A stretch of 64,000 nucleotides of DNA, taken from contig OZ024743.1 of the NCBI GenBank assembly GCA_964016885.1, positions 70,370,001 to 70,434,000 on the forward strand. Direction: 5' to 3'. Source of the stretch: Eledone cirrhosa (taxonomy: Eukaryota). The stretch's first letter is position 1. Every line of letters starts with the position of its first letter. The position numbers were made by a program, and so were the translations under genes. The notes beneath the pieces were generated by a model that saw nothing but the letters and a program-made list of their open reading frames with translations, was not told the DNA's origin and made no database searches. Below are positions 36,936 to 51,483 of the stretch, in pieces.

Positions 36936-38460
36936 CTATTACAGGAATACGAAACGTTGACAGGAGCAAGACTAAGCCCAAACAAGTCTGTCGGTTTGCA
37001 ACTCGGCACATGGAGAGGCAAACATATGCCTTCCGACAGTGTCGTTGGACGCTGGACGGAAGGACCGGTGAAATTGCTCGGGGTCTGGTTTGGTCCAGAC
37101 CTCCAGGTGGACAAGAATGGGAACGATGTCACGGCGAAAGTGTTTGCACTCACCCACAAGTGGGCTGAGTGCAAACTCTCCTTGAAAGGTCGAGCGGAGG
37201 TGGCGAACACTTACATAGCGTCCGTCATCTACTACCGCTTGACAGTCGTGCCTTGTCTCCGCAAATACCTCAGCAAAATGGAATGCCTACTCTTCAAGTT
37301 CCTCTGGAAGAAACAGGCTCCATTGGTGAGGAGAACCATCTGCTGTCAACACCCTTCTAACGGAGGGCTGGACATGCCGTGGCTGATGATGCGCAAACAC
37401 GCGCTGAGGCTACGCCATCTCCAGGTGTTCCTAATCGGCGAACCGGTGTGGCTATCGTTTGTGAGACGAGTTCTTCCACAACTCGTCTCACTAACAGAGC
37501 TGCAGTCCTGGGTCAAGCGAAGACCGAAAATGGGCGCCTGGCACCTCGAGTGTCTTTCGGCGCTCACAGCCCTCTACCAAGTGGAAACGGCAATCAGTGG
37601 AGACTCCACTTCGACATTCTATAGGGGATTAGTGGAGTATAAGTGCGATGACGTTCTCGGGGAAACCCTAGGCATCGAGGGAGACGAACTGAGCAGTCTG
37701 TTCGAAAGGACTTTCCGTCCAAGGTCTATGGATAACTTCCAGAGGTCTCTAGCCTGGCAGTGCTACGAGGAGCTCTACCAGTTCCAGACAAAATCTACAG
37801 GCACGGACGCCCTGGAAGAGATCCTGCCAAAAGAACCTGTCCAAGATGCGAGCAGGACATCGAAACCGTTCTGCAGGCAATTGTTCAGTGCCCAGGGGTG
37901 ACCGGCCTGTGGAATTATATCGAACAGCTACTGTCACGTGTAGGACGCATCCAGTTGACAGCTGAGTCTACGTGAGGATCACCCCGCCGCCTTCATTTAA
38001 GGACGAAGGAGAGGCGGTCTTCCTCTGTCTGGTGGCTATGGCGAAAGAGGTAATATGGTGGACGAGGTGAAAAGGACTGAGGGCAAGCACCTTTTTATCC
38101 GGACAACAACTCATCCCCTTCTTTAAGTACCACTTCAGAAGGAAGGTGAGAGTGGAGAGAGATGTGCTACACCCCAGTTCATTCGCTGAAAGGTGGGTGA
38201 ATGTGGATAAAATGGCCCAAGTCAATGGGCCTTCTCTGTATATAAACCTGTAGGTTGAGGAAGATAAACAGAAGGAAGAGAGAAACACCTACAAAAAGTG
38301 TTCCTGGTGTTGAGGGTTGTTCTACTCACGGGGTGTAAAACAACCCCGCCGTAGCGTTACCCCCCCCCCCTAATGGGGATTTCAATTGTTTTATTTTTAT
38401 ATAGTTTATTGTTATTTATCAGTGTTAATGATTTTATGTAAAACCCCCGCAAATAAAGAT
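36936..38460 (+). mobile_element. 5'-truncated, decayed Tx1 of a sister family ending in (ATCT)n
   Basis: Protein similarity to the C-terminal half of 18977-22396; AATAAAgat followed by (atct)n. Confidence 0.88.
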
Positions 38461-38541
38461 ATCTATCTATCTATCTATCTATATATATATATATATATAT
38501 ATATACTTAATACATTAACAGAGAAAGCTATTAGCGATACG

Positions 38542-38596
<55 letters not shown>

Positions 38597-38600
<4 letters not shown>

Positions 38601-38833
38601 GTGTAATGAATTCTTTTACAATGAAATTAGCTCAAAGAAAGAAATATTTCTGAGCCGTGTAAAACATTTAAATATAAATTAATATATATGATGAAACACA
38701 AATACCAACATATCTGTATTTATATTGTAAAAGAAAATTTAGTTAGCTAACTAAATTTTCTTTTACAATATAAATACAGATATGTTGGTATTTGTGTTTC
38801 ATCATATATATTAATTTATATTTAAATGTTTTA
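38597..38833. repeat. Perfect 174-bp palindrome (38660-38833) with ~63-nt tail in (TA)n
   Basis: Arms are exact reverse complements around 38746/38747; the tail recurs inverted at ~36328-36376. Confidence 0.9.
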
Positions 38834-38890
38834 TATATATATAATAAAATAATAATAATAATAAAATATGGAGAGGAAGCATACGCGTTA

Positions 38891-38954
<64 letters not shown>

Positions 38955-39070
38955 GAAAAGAGGGAGAAAGGGACGATTATTAGGAAGAAAAATATATTTT
39001 TTATTTCTCTCTCTCTTTTTTCTGGGTTAGAAAATGATTAAAACGAAATGTTTTACTTTGTGTGAAGTGT

Positions 39071-39171
<101 letters not shown>

Positions 39172-39215
39172 CAAAATGTTAATAAATGAAAAATATTCTC
39201 ATAATCAAAATATAT

Positions 39216-39276
39216 ATTTTATTATGCATATTTCAATGGTACAATGCTGTTTAAGTACGTTTTCATCAGACAAAAT
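39216..39276 (-). ncRNA. Minimal hammerhead ribozyme motif
   Basis: attttgt-CTGATGA-(gtac/gtac stem II)-GAAA-tatgca-TA-ataaaat. Confidence 0.65.
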
Positions 39277-39327
39277 ATATGATTTAATATGTGACATACC
39301 GCTACGGTTTTGATTATTCAATTCCAG

Positions 39328-39429
<102 letters not shown>

Positions 39430-39463
39430 TAGAAGTGGTTACACAACAGTTAGCTCACCATAC

Positions 39464-39501
39464 CGAGAACAATTGTTTCACCTTAGCGGATCCTCAGCTC
39501 G
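39464..39501 (-). ncRNA. Minimal hammerhead ribozyme in pLTR
   Basis: Reverse complement of 40520-40557. Confidence 0.75.
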
Positions 39502-40519
39502 TAGTGCACATGGTTATACGGAACAGGAAGGACAACCGTACGAACGCGCATGCGCAGAAACGATCACTTCACACAGGCAATACTAAATTGCGTGCGAGAG
39601 GTGTAAGGGAGATAACTGCGAAAGTCCGAAAGTTTCTGGTTGATAAGAAAATTAGGATGGTGTTGTAATTCAATCCGGAGCTTTGTAGTTATGTAAGAGC
39701 TGGACAACGTGTGAAGAATTCATTTCTCGTGTTTAGGCAATCACTATTGCGTAATCTCTTTAGAATATTTATTCGTTCATCAATAGTCCACACGACGGAT
39801 TGCCCCTTGCGTATGGCTTGGACTTAGTGATGGCTTTCCATTGAATGTAGTAGTCTATACTTGAGTCCTTGAGGGACCATACGTGGCTCGCGAGTTTCGT
39901 GGATGAACGTCTGTCCGGGTACCTAAAGGTCGATTGGTGGTTCAGGAAGCGTTCCTTAAATCGGCCTTACGCCATACCCACATAGGATTTGACCTCCTGT
40001 GGTCGATTTGGTCGGGTGGAAGTGACCACAGCTTCATAAACTACAGTGGGTGTGTTGCATTGCTGTTGAAGGGGACAAGTTTCGGGTTTACGGTAAGAGC
40101 ACCCTGGTGGAGTGTTGCTCTTAGGGCTGTTGGTGATGTGGGCCTTCATGTACTTAGCGCAGGAGTATCCTAGTTTTACTTTGTGTCGGTTAAAGATGGA
40201 GCGGTATTTATGACCTATGGCAAAGTATCTATCTAAGAGGGCTAGAAATCTTTTGCCTACATTGGTTTTAACGTTGAGTGAGAAGGAAGGAGATAACCAG
40301 ATAGTTGTCTATTGTTACACTTTCTTTTCTTATTGCTGTTGTTGTTAGTGGGAGAGTAAGTGATAGGTTGCGAGAGGCCGCTGTTAGCTGACGCCGTGTT
40401 ATAGTAGGGTGCCGCCCTGTCAAATATAGCCTTATTAGATGAGAGTGTGTGAAGTGATCGTTTCTGCGCATGCGCGTTCGTACGGTTGTCCTTCCTGTTC
40501 CGTATAACCATGTCCACTA

Positions 40520-40557
40520 CGAGCTGAGGATCCGCTAAGGTGAAACAATTGTTCTCG
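40520..40557 (+). ncRNA. Minimal hammerhead ribozyme in inverted pLTR
   Basis: cgag-CTGAGGA-tccgctaaggt-GAAA-caattg-TT-ctcg; palindromic stem III. Confidence 0.75.
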
Positions 40558-40671
40558 GTATGGTGAACTAACTGTTGTGTAACCACTTCTACCTAACTCG
40601 TCCCATGGACTGAGTGCTCTACCACTACGGATATTACCTTCCAGTGTTCTACCACTATATATATATATATA

Positions 40672-41750
<1,079 letters not shown>

Positions 41751-42197
41751 GAATTATGGTAATAAATTAATATTTGGTATATTATATTAAATCTCTATAT
41801 AAGTTCTACCTTATATATAACTTCATGAGAGGAATAAACTCTAAATAATAAATATGCTATTGTACAATATATCTATACTTGCACAAACTATATATAGCGT
41901 TAAACCAAAACGGATATACATAACTAATAATATGATTATGTTATTATAATAATATGCTTATGTTATTATAATAATATGCTTATGTTATTATACAGATACA
42001 CATATTTGCAAAAATAAAAATTAGGTATAGAGAGATATACTAAGTATTAATGAGCCAGTATACTTTTGGTAAATGATAACGAATATAAAATAATAGATTC
42101 AAACATGCTAAAGTTAAATACATACATATATATAAAAGAGTGTAAAGGCATGAATTATTCACAGTTCAAAATAAATAATCTAAAGATTTAAAAATTA

Positions 42198-42387
42198 TCT
42201 AGGGTATAAAGTTATAGGTAGATAGAATGATTTGTGTCGAGGAAAGGGTGGATCAGAGAGTGTAGTGTAGTGGTGGAAGGCAAGCCCTTGAGGTGCGGTG
42301 TTATAAGCGGTGATGGGTTCAAGTCTGACATTGTTATATATTCCTCGACACAAATCATTCTATCTATCTATAACTTTATACCCTAGA
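42198..42387. repeat. 47-bp-arm inverted repeat enclosing a degenerate tRNA-like segment
   Basis: Arms 42198-42244 / 42341-42387; the loop has tagtgtagtgg and ggttcaagtc boxes. Confidence 0.7.
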
Positions 42388-43570
42388 AATATCCCCATAT
42401 ACACCAACGTTTAATATAATTACTTTTAATTACTTATAAGGATATAGGAATTGAAATATAATACAGTTTATATAAACTTTAAATACTAGATACAACAATG
42501 AATTATATATGCATCTGTAATTAAATGTATAGAGTAATAACATTAGATATATATAGGATTAATTTATTAACATAAGGGATCTGTCTAACTTATATGTAGG
42601 GTGGTGCAATGAATTATATATGAATTATATATGCCTGTATAACTTAGCGGATAGATTAATGACATTGTAAATGAGGGATGTATTTGTTTACCCAAGAGAT
42701 GTATTTGATTTTATCATGCAAACAGCCGTACGCTGCTCCATAGCTTACCAAGGGTTATGTAGACAAAATTATAACTGGTCCTCTGATATGTTTTGAGAGT
42801 AGACTGTATTCACAGTGAATTTTGATATAAAGATATGGCACTTTGTGTGAGAAATTCAATTATAGCGCAATATAATAAAGAGTAATCAACTTCCTATAGA
42901 CACCTTTAATACATTATGATAGAGTAGACTGTATTTAAAATTAAATATAAATATCTAACCTTTTATATAAGGGACTCAATTGAGGCACCATATAATGTAT
43001 GTTAGAACAATGAATTCAGTTATGGGAATCAGCTAGTTACCTCCCCTTACGCATTAACTCCCCTTAATTACACACCTACTTCCGGATAATGAACCACTGT
43101 AAATTCTCGCAGCAGAAAGAACCTATTCTATAAATATGGATTAAATAACACTGAGCCTCAATACGTTACAATCATTTACTACATCAAACATTCAATACGA
43201 ATCCATCGTAACATATGTGATGGATGTGAAAACTATAACTTTCTCTTTCTTTTTCTTTGTCTGCACACATACTTTTTTATCTATACAAAAAATACCCTCC
43301 CACTACAACCACCATGATACTCTTGCTTAGCCGCTTAAAGTGCTTGCATTACATGTAATACCTTGCCACACAATACTCGTATATAAATGAGACACACTTG
43401 CATGCTCCATGTATGACTAACGCATACACTATCTACTAGATCTGATTATCGACCTATCCTCTTGCATTATCTGTGTTATCTGCCACATGTATTTTAATTT
43501 TAATTTTAAATTTGAATTGCTATACAAATATAGTATAGTATAATTTATGTCACTCCACTGTACATCAATA

Positions 43571-43627
<57 letters not shown>

Positions 43628-43682
43628 CTGTATGTCTCTTGCGTTGGATAGGAGGGCAATTATATGTACAAGCATTGAAAAA

Positions 43683-43729
43683 TGCTCCGAAGACACCAAG
43701 CGTAGGTTTGGATGAAACAATTGTAAGTG
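43683..43729 (+). ncRNA. Degenerate minimal hammerhead motif
   Basis: tgct-CCGAAGA-..cca..tgg..-GAAA-caattg-TA-agtg; core U4 changed to C. Confidence 0.5.
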
Positions 43730-43901
43730 AATAAACGCTTTGAACATAGCTTTGATTCTTGTGAATTCTATATAACTGCTCTGTAGAACAACTGATGTTC
43801 TTACATTGAGATATTTATCTTACTGGTAATAAGGTAGTAATAAATTACTGACCTTCCCTGTTTATAGGTTAAAATATACATAACTATAAATAGTATCCTT
43901 A

Positions 43902-44083
<182 letters not shown>

Positions 44084-44140
44084 TGATTTTCCTTTTGATT
44101 TGTTTCTGTTCCTTGTCTTATCCTTTGTTAACGTCCTTAA

Positions 44141-44247
<107 letters not shown>

Positions 44248-44260
44248 TATATAAATATAA

Positions 44261-44349
<89 letters not shown>

Positions 44350-44362
44350 TATATAAATATAA

Positions 44363-44427
<65 letters not shown>

Positions 44428-44744
44428 GATATATATATAGATATAGATATATATATATTCGTTTATATATATATATACACACACACATATATATATATAT
44501 ATAAATATATTTGTGGTAACATAAAATAATGTTGGGGTGTTGTATAGGTGGGCCCATAATTTAATGTTGGTTGGGGAGGTTACAAATGTGTGCCTTTAAT
44601 TTACTGCCCCGACCAGATAATTACAGGTTCGAGTCACGTGAATTTAGAAGATATTTCGTATTTCTAAGACTTTCTCTACTAATTGGTCCTTTTGAGTTAG
44701 TGTCCACTATTACAGACCGGTAGACTTCAAGGAGTTACTGTTTT

Positions 44745-45690
44745 TGCTGTTGGTGGTGGTGGTGGTGGTGGTGATGATGGTGGTGGTGGTGGTGGTGATA
44801 GTGGTGTTGGTGGTGTAGTGGTGGTGGTGGTGGTGGGGTAGCAGTGGTGGTGTTGGTTATGATAGTGGTGTTGGTGGTGTAGTGGTGGTGGTGGTGTTGG
44901 TGGTGCTGATAGTGGTGGTGGTGGTGATAGTGGTGTTGGTGGTGTAGTGGTAGCAGTGGTGGTGTTGGTTATGATAGTGGTGTTGGTGGTGTAGTGGTGG
45001 TGGTGGTGTTGGTGGTGGTGTTGGTGATAGTGGTGGTGGTGGTGTAGTGGTGGTGGTGTTGTTGTTGTTGGTGGTGGTGGTGGTGGTGGTAGTGGTGGTG
45101 ATAGTGGTGGTAATGGTGTAGTGGTGGTGGTGGTGCTGGTGATTGTGGTGTTGGTGGTGAAGTGGTGTTGTTGTTGGTGGTGGTGGTGATGGTGTTGTTT
45201 GTGGTTGTGGTGGTGGTGGCGTGGCGTGGTAGTGGTAGTGATGATAGTGTTGGTGGTGGTGTTGTTGGTGGTGGAGGTGGTGGTGGAGGTGGTGGTGGTG
45301 TAGTATCGGTGTTGTTGTTATTGTTGTTGTTGGTGTTGCAACACCACCACCAACACCAACACCACCACCACCAACACCACCAACACCACGACCACAACTA
45401 CCACCAACACCATCACCACCACCAACACCACCACCACAACTACCACCAACACCACCACCACCACCACCAACACCAACACCAACACCACAACCAACATCCA
45501 CATCACCTCCACCACCACCACCACCTCCAACACCACCACCACCAACACCAACACCACCACAACCAACAACACCAACACCACCACCACCACCAGCACCAAC
45601 ACCACCACCATCAACACCAACAACACGACCACCACCAACACCAACACTACCATCACCAACACCAACACCATCAACACTATCACCACCACG
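44745..45690. repeat. (GGT)n-rich tract followed by complementary (CAC)n-rich tract
   Basis: Strand switch at ggtgttgcaacacc (~45339). Confidence 0.85.
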
Positions 45691-45848
45691 CGAACTTTCT
45701 TCCCCCCACCCCCTCTGTCTCTCTTTCTTTCTCTCTTTCTCCTTGATTAATCAGTTTTTAATTAGTTCAGTGCTTATTGCTAAACTAATTAATCAGATAC
45801 TTACGTCGTTTGCGTTAGTTAACCATCATTCATCCATTCTCGGGATTT

Positions 45849-45930
<82 letters not shown>

Positions 45931-46382
45931 TGTGTCTGTGTACATGTGTGCGTGTGTGGGTGTGGGTGTATGTGTGTGCGTGCGTGTGTGTGTGTGTGTG
46001 TGTGTGCATTACTTTTATTTATATATATATAAATAAAAGTAATGCAAGAGATATATAAAAATAAAATAAGGAAATATAGTAAGGGTATGTTTAGCTATGT
46101 AACTTACATAGAGCACTCTTCACTCTTCACTCCTATGTCTTTTTCAATTTTCAACAGAAACTTCAATACTTGAAGGGATATATGGAAGGGATATATTAGA
46201 TTAACGCTTGATATAGCAGGAAGAGGGTCTTAAAGGTTCGGACGATAGTCCCTCATCAAAAGAAAGAATGAGAAATAGATTGAGGGGACGGGTGGTATAT
46301 ATATATATATATACATACATACTTCGTGAAACCTTGGATAATTGAATAATTATATTGTGTTTTTTATTTGTTTATTACATAA

Positions 46383-46459
<77 letters not shown>

Positions 46460-46840
46460 AGCAGAAGGGATATTCAATTTGTTGGTAATAAAACAAATTT
46501 AAATGTTTATAACTGATTCAGAGCACTCGACAGAAACTAATTCTTTATAATTATCTCCACCAAATTATTTTGTTGAGCAAACATTTGCCAAAATTACTAC
46601 TATAGTTCATAGTTCATAGTTCATAGTAACAGCTTGGCTACTGTCTTTTTAACACCCCACTCCTTACTGATTAACCTCGATGTCACGTGACTGATTCTTT
46701 TGAATTTGCCACCGAACAAGAAGGCAGTGATTTTTTTCAGTGTCTTGGAATTTAGTCCCCGCTTGCTCTTTTCCATCCACTGAATATTTTTGTATAAGTT
46801 CCCTGTGTCCACGCATCGCCAGGTATCTTAGCTGAGAATG

Positions 46841-46912
46841 ACTCCCTGATGACGAAAAGGTTTCTCCATGATCTCCATGTATATTCCCTTTCAGAAACTA
46901 ATTAGTTGGAGT
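46841..46912 (+). ncRNA. Type I hammerhead ribozyme motif
   Basis: actcc-CTGATGA-cgaaaagg..ccctttca-GAAA-ctaattag-TT-ggagt; palindromic stem III. Confidence 0.75.
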
Positions 46913-46964
46913 GAAATTTAAGTAAATAAGCTAATTGCTATAATTTTCTTATTTTACGTTTTTC

Positions 46965-47024
<60 letters not shown>

Positions 47025-47026
47025 GA

Positions 47027-47075
47027 GCTTCTACAGGACTAGAACTGTTTCATTCGTGAGAACTCATTAGGGAGC
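47027..47075 (-). ncRNA. Hammerhead motif (core G5 changed to A) in (TA)n-flanked insert 47021-47382
   Basis: gctcc-CTAATGA-gttc-tcac-gaat-GAAA-cag..ctg-TA-gaagc; the other end of the insert matches 16983-17070 inverted. Confidence 0.6.
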
Positions 47076-47377
47076 CTGATGTACCCCTCATAACCATCAC
47101 CAGGTATTGAGTACCCTAATTACTGTGGTTACCTTCGATTCAACCCGGTATAATTCATCGCCGTCGCGGCATTAGCTTATGCCAAGCTGAAAGGTTATTG
47201 AAAAACGGTGTTTTCTGTTAAAAACTACAACAACAGAACAAATTCGCTTCTTAAAACACTGTGTTTCCTTCAAAATATACACGGTAAACATATACAGAAT
47301 GGAAAACCAATCACACAGTGAGTGTGTTCTGTTATTATTTCTGGCAATATTATTACAATATGACCCTCCCCAAGTAT

Positions 47378-47467
<90 letters not shown>

Positions 47468-49350
47468 ATGCGTGTATGTATGTATATATAATAACCATCG
47501 AATGGGGTAACTGGTCGTTTAACTGGTCTTTAGACGTATAAATGTGAGTTTGTTTTATTATGAACAGTTTATCAGCATAATCGTCCGTAGAATATAGAGT
47601 GTGAAGACATGTGGCTTAATGATTAGGGGGTTCAGCTCCAGGATTGTATTTAGACCTTGGAAGCACGGGTACTTCAAGTTTGGTACGCCCTCATACACAA
47701 AAATTAGAATACAGAGCGAACCAGCCAATTTCAAAGTCAGCGCAAATAATTGGAATTGAAAATTTATAAATACAGGTATGAAATTCAAAAATTCTAAAAG
47801 CACGGCTGAGGAGATGAATAAATTGCTACGGTCATCCCCAGTAGAGGTTCGAGGTAATTGACTCCGTTCAATTAATCCGGTCTTGTTCAGCTCACAATTG
47901 TAATGTCGTGATTTCGATCCTCGGCCTCATGTTCTATTCTAATTGTTTCTCCAGGCTGCGCAGCTGGAAAATATGAGTTATCTTTGTAATTCAAATAACC
48001 ATCCGAGTAATACATAGTCACATTGAATCTCCCTGTGAAGTATGTTAAGGCTGCACGTGTATGTGGAATGCTTAGCTACTTGTACGTTAAATTTATGAGA
48101 AGGATGTTCTTTTGTTTGGACAACTGGAACACTCCCGGAGACTCAAGATGACACAGTGTATAGTTAGAGCGGTCCTGAGAATAATACAATTAATTTTTGT
48201 CAGCTAAGTGGAGTGGAACGCCAGGAAATAAAATGTCTCGCTGAAGGAAACAGTGCACAGTCGGAAATCAAACTAACGTCCTTGCGGGTGAGAGCTGAAG
48301 AGCCAAGCCACTACAAAGGTGGTTTGAGAAAATTAATAAAATTCTTTTCTTAATAAAATCAGCATTGTGAGAATGTATGTTGTTGAATAATGTAGACATC
48401 ACCTGCATAAGATTCCAGACCAACCATGTATAGTAGGTGATATAATAGATATATAACAGACATTGGCTAATAATACTCACACACATACACTTCACTCACA
48501 TACACACACACACATATACAATATATACATATAAATATGTGTGTGTATATATATATATATATATACATACATATATATATATATTGGATTTTAGTCTTCA
48601 CATTTATTATTATTACTATAGATATTTACTATAGATATATGTACATATATATGTATGTGTACGGGTATGTGTGTGTGTCTGCTTTGTATATATATTATAT
48701 GTGAATATATATATATATATTCATATATACATACACAAAACAGACACAAATATATATATATGTGTTTGTATACAGAGAGACAGAGGGGGAGATGTATGTG
48801 GTGTTTACAGACTATATCACAGCAGTCTCAGATATTCCGATATATTTAACTCTTTACCTAAGGAAATCTGCAATAATGACAATGAAATCTGTTGAAAGAT
48901 TTCAAACATCACCTCAATGGCTGTCTCTTCTATATCTTACACCAACCTGCATACAAATCTCACTGTATATATCTGGCTTTCTGTGTGTGTCATTGTGTCA
49001 TTGTGTCTGTCTGGCGGTATAATTTTCTTGGCTTGTGTCTGTGTGTGGGTAAAATTCTTGGTGTGTGCTTGTCGGTGTGTGTGTGAGTGTGTCTCTGTGT
49101 TTATATGTGTATGTGTATATTTCTTGGTGTGTGTTCTGTGTGTACGTCTGAGTGTCTGTGAGTGTGTGTGTTTCTGTGTATATGAGTGTGTGTCAGTGTA
49201 TGTGTATGTGTTTCTGTGTACCTATCTGTCAGTGTTACTGCGGAGACATCATTTGAATAATTTTCTCGTCTACATCACTGTCCAGAAAATCTATATGATT
49301 ATGTATAGGTGTAAGCATACAGATATATATATATATATATATATATGTAA

Positions 49351-49423
<73 letters not shown>

Positions 49424-49430
49424 AGCATAC

Positions 49431-49473
<43 letters not shown>

Positions 49474-49480
49474 AGCATAC

Positions 49481-49572
<92 letters not shown>

Positions 49573-49573
<1 letters not shown>

Positions 49574-50295
49574 GTAATAATAATAAATTTGAAGACTAAA
49601 ATCCAAAGAGGGATCGATAAGGATAAATATATATCAAATATATAAGAACCGTAGGGCAAATATTTATTAAAATAACAGATTAAAGTTTAAGCAAAGAATC
49701 GCTGCTTTGACCCTTAACGGGATCTTCTGAAACTAACAAAGTCAATCTGTGAACGCAGAAGTAAATATTTCAGAAAACGTTGCAACCGGAGGAAGACAGT
49801 AAGACGATACTTTGATTCGTGGAAACGTTCCCTGGCAAAGAACGGGAAAAAACGAAGATAATACGTCATTATTAGGAGCAGTGAAAAACGTATGCTTGTG
49901 TATGTACGTATGTGGATGCGTGTATGTATTTATTTAATTTCAATTACCTCTGTATTTTATTTACTTTATTCTTAACTCTGAAGTCGAGAATCATTCGGTT
50001 TCCTAGTTAGAATTTTAGTCTACGACTTCAGTTATACCATTTACGTGGTTTTGTCTTTGCGTGCAATTGTTCTCCCCGATCCACATATGACGTATTATCT
50101 TCGTTTTTTTTTCGTTCTTTGCCAGGGAACGTTTCCACGAACCAAAGTATCGTCTTCCTGTCTTCCTCCGATTGCAATGTTTTCTTAAATATTTACTTCT
50201 GCGTTCACAGATTGACTTTTTCAGTTTCAGAAGATCCCGTTAAGGGTGAAAGCAGCGATTTTTTGCTTAAACTTTAATCTGTTATTTTAATAAAT
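49573..50295. mobile_element. Foldback element: ~210-bp inverted arms, ~88-nt tail, HHR-like motif in each arm
   Basis: Arms 49661-49869 / 50087-50295; agttt-CAGAAGA-tccc-gttaa-gggt-GAAA-gca..tgc-TT-aaact at 50223-50273. Confidence 0.8.
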
Positions 50296-50695
50296 ATATA
50301 TATATATATATATATAACTTTGTTAACTATGATAGGTTTTGGCCAGTATTTGCCCAGGCCATGTGTAACAAGGACGAATTGTTATGCGTCCATTAGGTTT
50401 ATTGAGTAGTGACGCACGCTTCGTTACTCCTCTGCAGATGACCGACGAGCTTTTGATCCCAGAGCCGTGCTAGGTCGATACAAATCGGACCTTCAGCTGA
50501 TCAATAGCAAACGCGCATCACCACTCAATAAACGTAATGAATCGTCCTTTTACTATCATATTTACACTCTGTTTAGTCCTACACCTCGTCACAGACGGGA
50601 AATTACGCAACAAGTGCTCATCTGGGTGAACCTACAGTAACAGTACGTTACACTCTCTCTATATATATATATATATGTGTGTGTGTGTATATATA

Positions 50696-50816
<121 letters not shown>

Positions 50817-50991
50817 GTTAGCATTGGTGCTCTGAAATAGAGATGTATACATGAATGTATGTGTAGTATATTTGGCAATATACCGTATGTTTAATTAAGG
50901 ACATTTAGAAGACCATTCGCTATTAGTTTTAAAGTAGTGACTATGTCACTTACTAATTTCCCAGTCCGGCCTTCTCTTGTTGTTTTAAGGA

Positions 50992-51025
<34 letters not shown>

Positions 51026-51393
51026 ATTTTGAACAATGAAAACAAAACAAAACTAGATGTAATTTTTTAAGAGAACTTCATTTACGATCGTTTCAGAGGA
51101 CTGATTGATGATGGTAAATCAAATGATCTAACACCAGTTAGTGGTTACGTCACCACCTATTTCCTATGCCAATATCTGAAATAGTTGGTGACGTAACCAC
51201 TAAAAGCTGTTCGATCATTTGATTTACAATAATCAATCAACCTTCTGAAACGATCGTAAAAAACTGAAGTACTCTAAGCCTATATATGAATTTGATTTGA
51301 TTTTCATTGTTCAAAATAAACATTTTTTAATAACTTTGTAGCCTGCGTACATTCTTCGAAGATACCTTACGTGGCCGATGCCTATCACAAAAA
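51026..51393. mobile_element. Older foldback element with tail and HHR 3' half
   Basis: Imperfect IR 51026-51317; GAAA-cgatcg-TA in both arms; ~75-nt tail. Confidence 0.65.
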
Positions 51394-51483
51394 CTTCTTC
51401 TTCTTCTTATTCTTATTCTTCTTCTTATTATTATTATTATTATTATTATTATAATTATTATTATTATTATTATTATTGTTGTT

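Larger units (their letters stand above)
39431..40656 (-). mobile_element. 5'-truncated Penelope-like element (GIY-YIG) with inverted pLTRs
   Basis: LSSNKAIFDRAAPYYN, CPLQQQC..TVVYEAVV..KSYVGMA, FKERFLNH..TKLASHVW. Inverted repeat 39431-39575 / 40446-40590, tail to 40656. Confidence 0.9.

Noticed and set aside
42400-43560. Possible highly decayed Penelope ORF (HVIPC..YSYINET) upstream of the 43683 motif
   Set aside because: Only fragmentary motifs in different frames; not supportable without a profile search.
46225-46265. Minus-strand TTGATGA-gggac-tatc-gtcc-GAA motif; similar weak motifs near 15720-15755 and 36150-36190
   Set aside because: Core and stems I/III are too degenerate to call a hammerhead.
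49310-49485. gtaagcatacag repeats separated by (TA)n, superficially CRISPR-like
   Set aside because: Spacers are pure microsatellite, this is eukaryotic DNA and there are no cas genes; slippage duplication.
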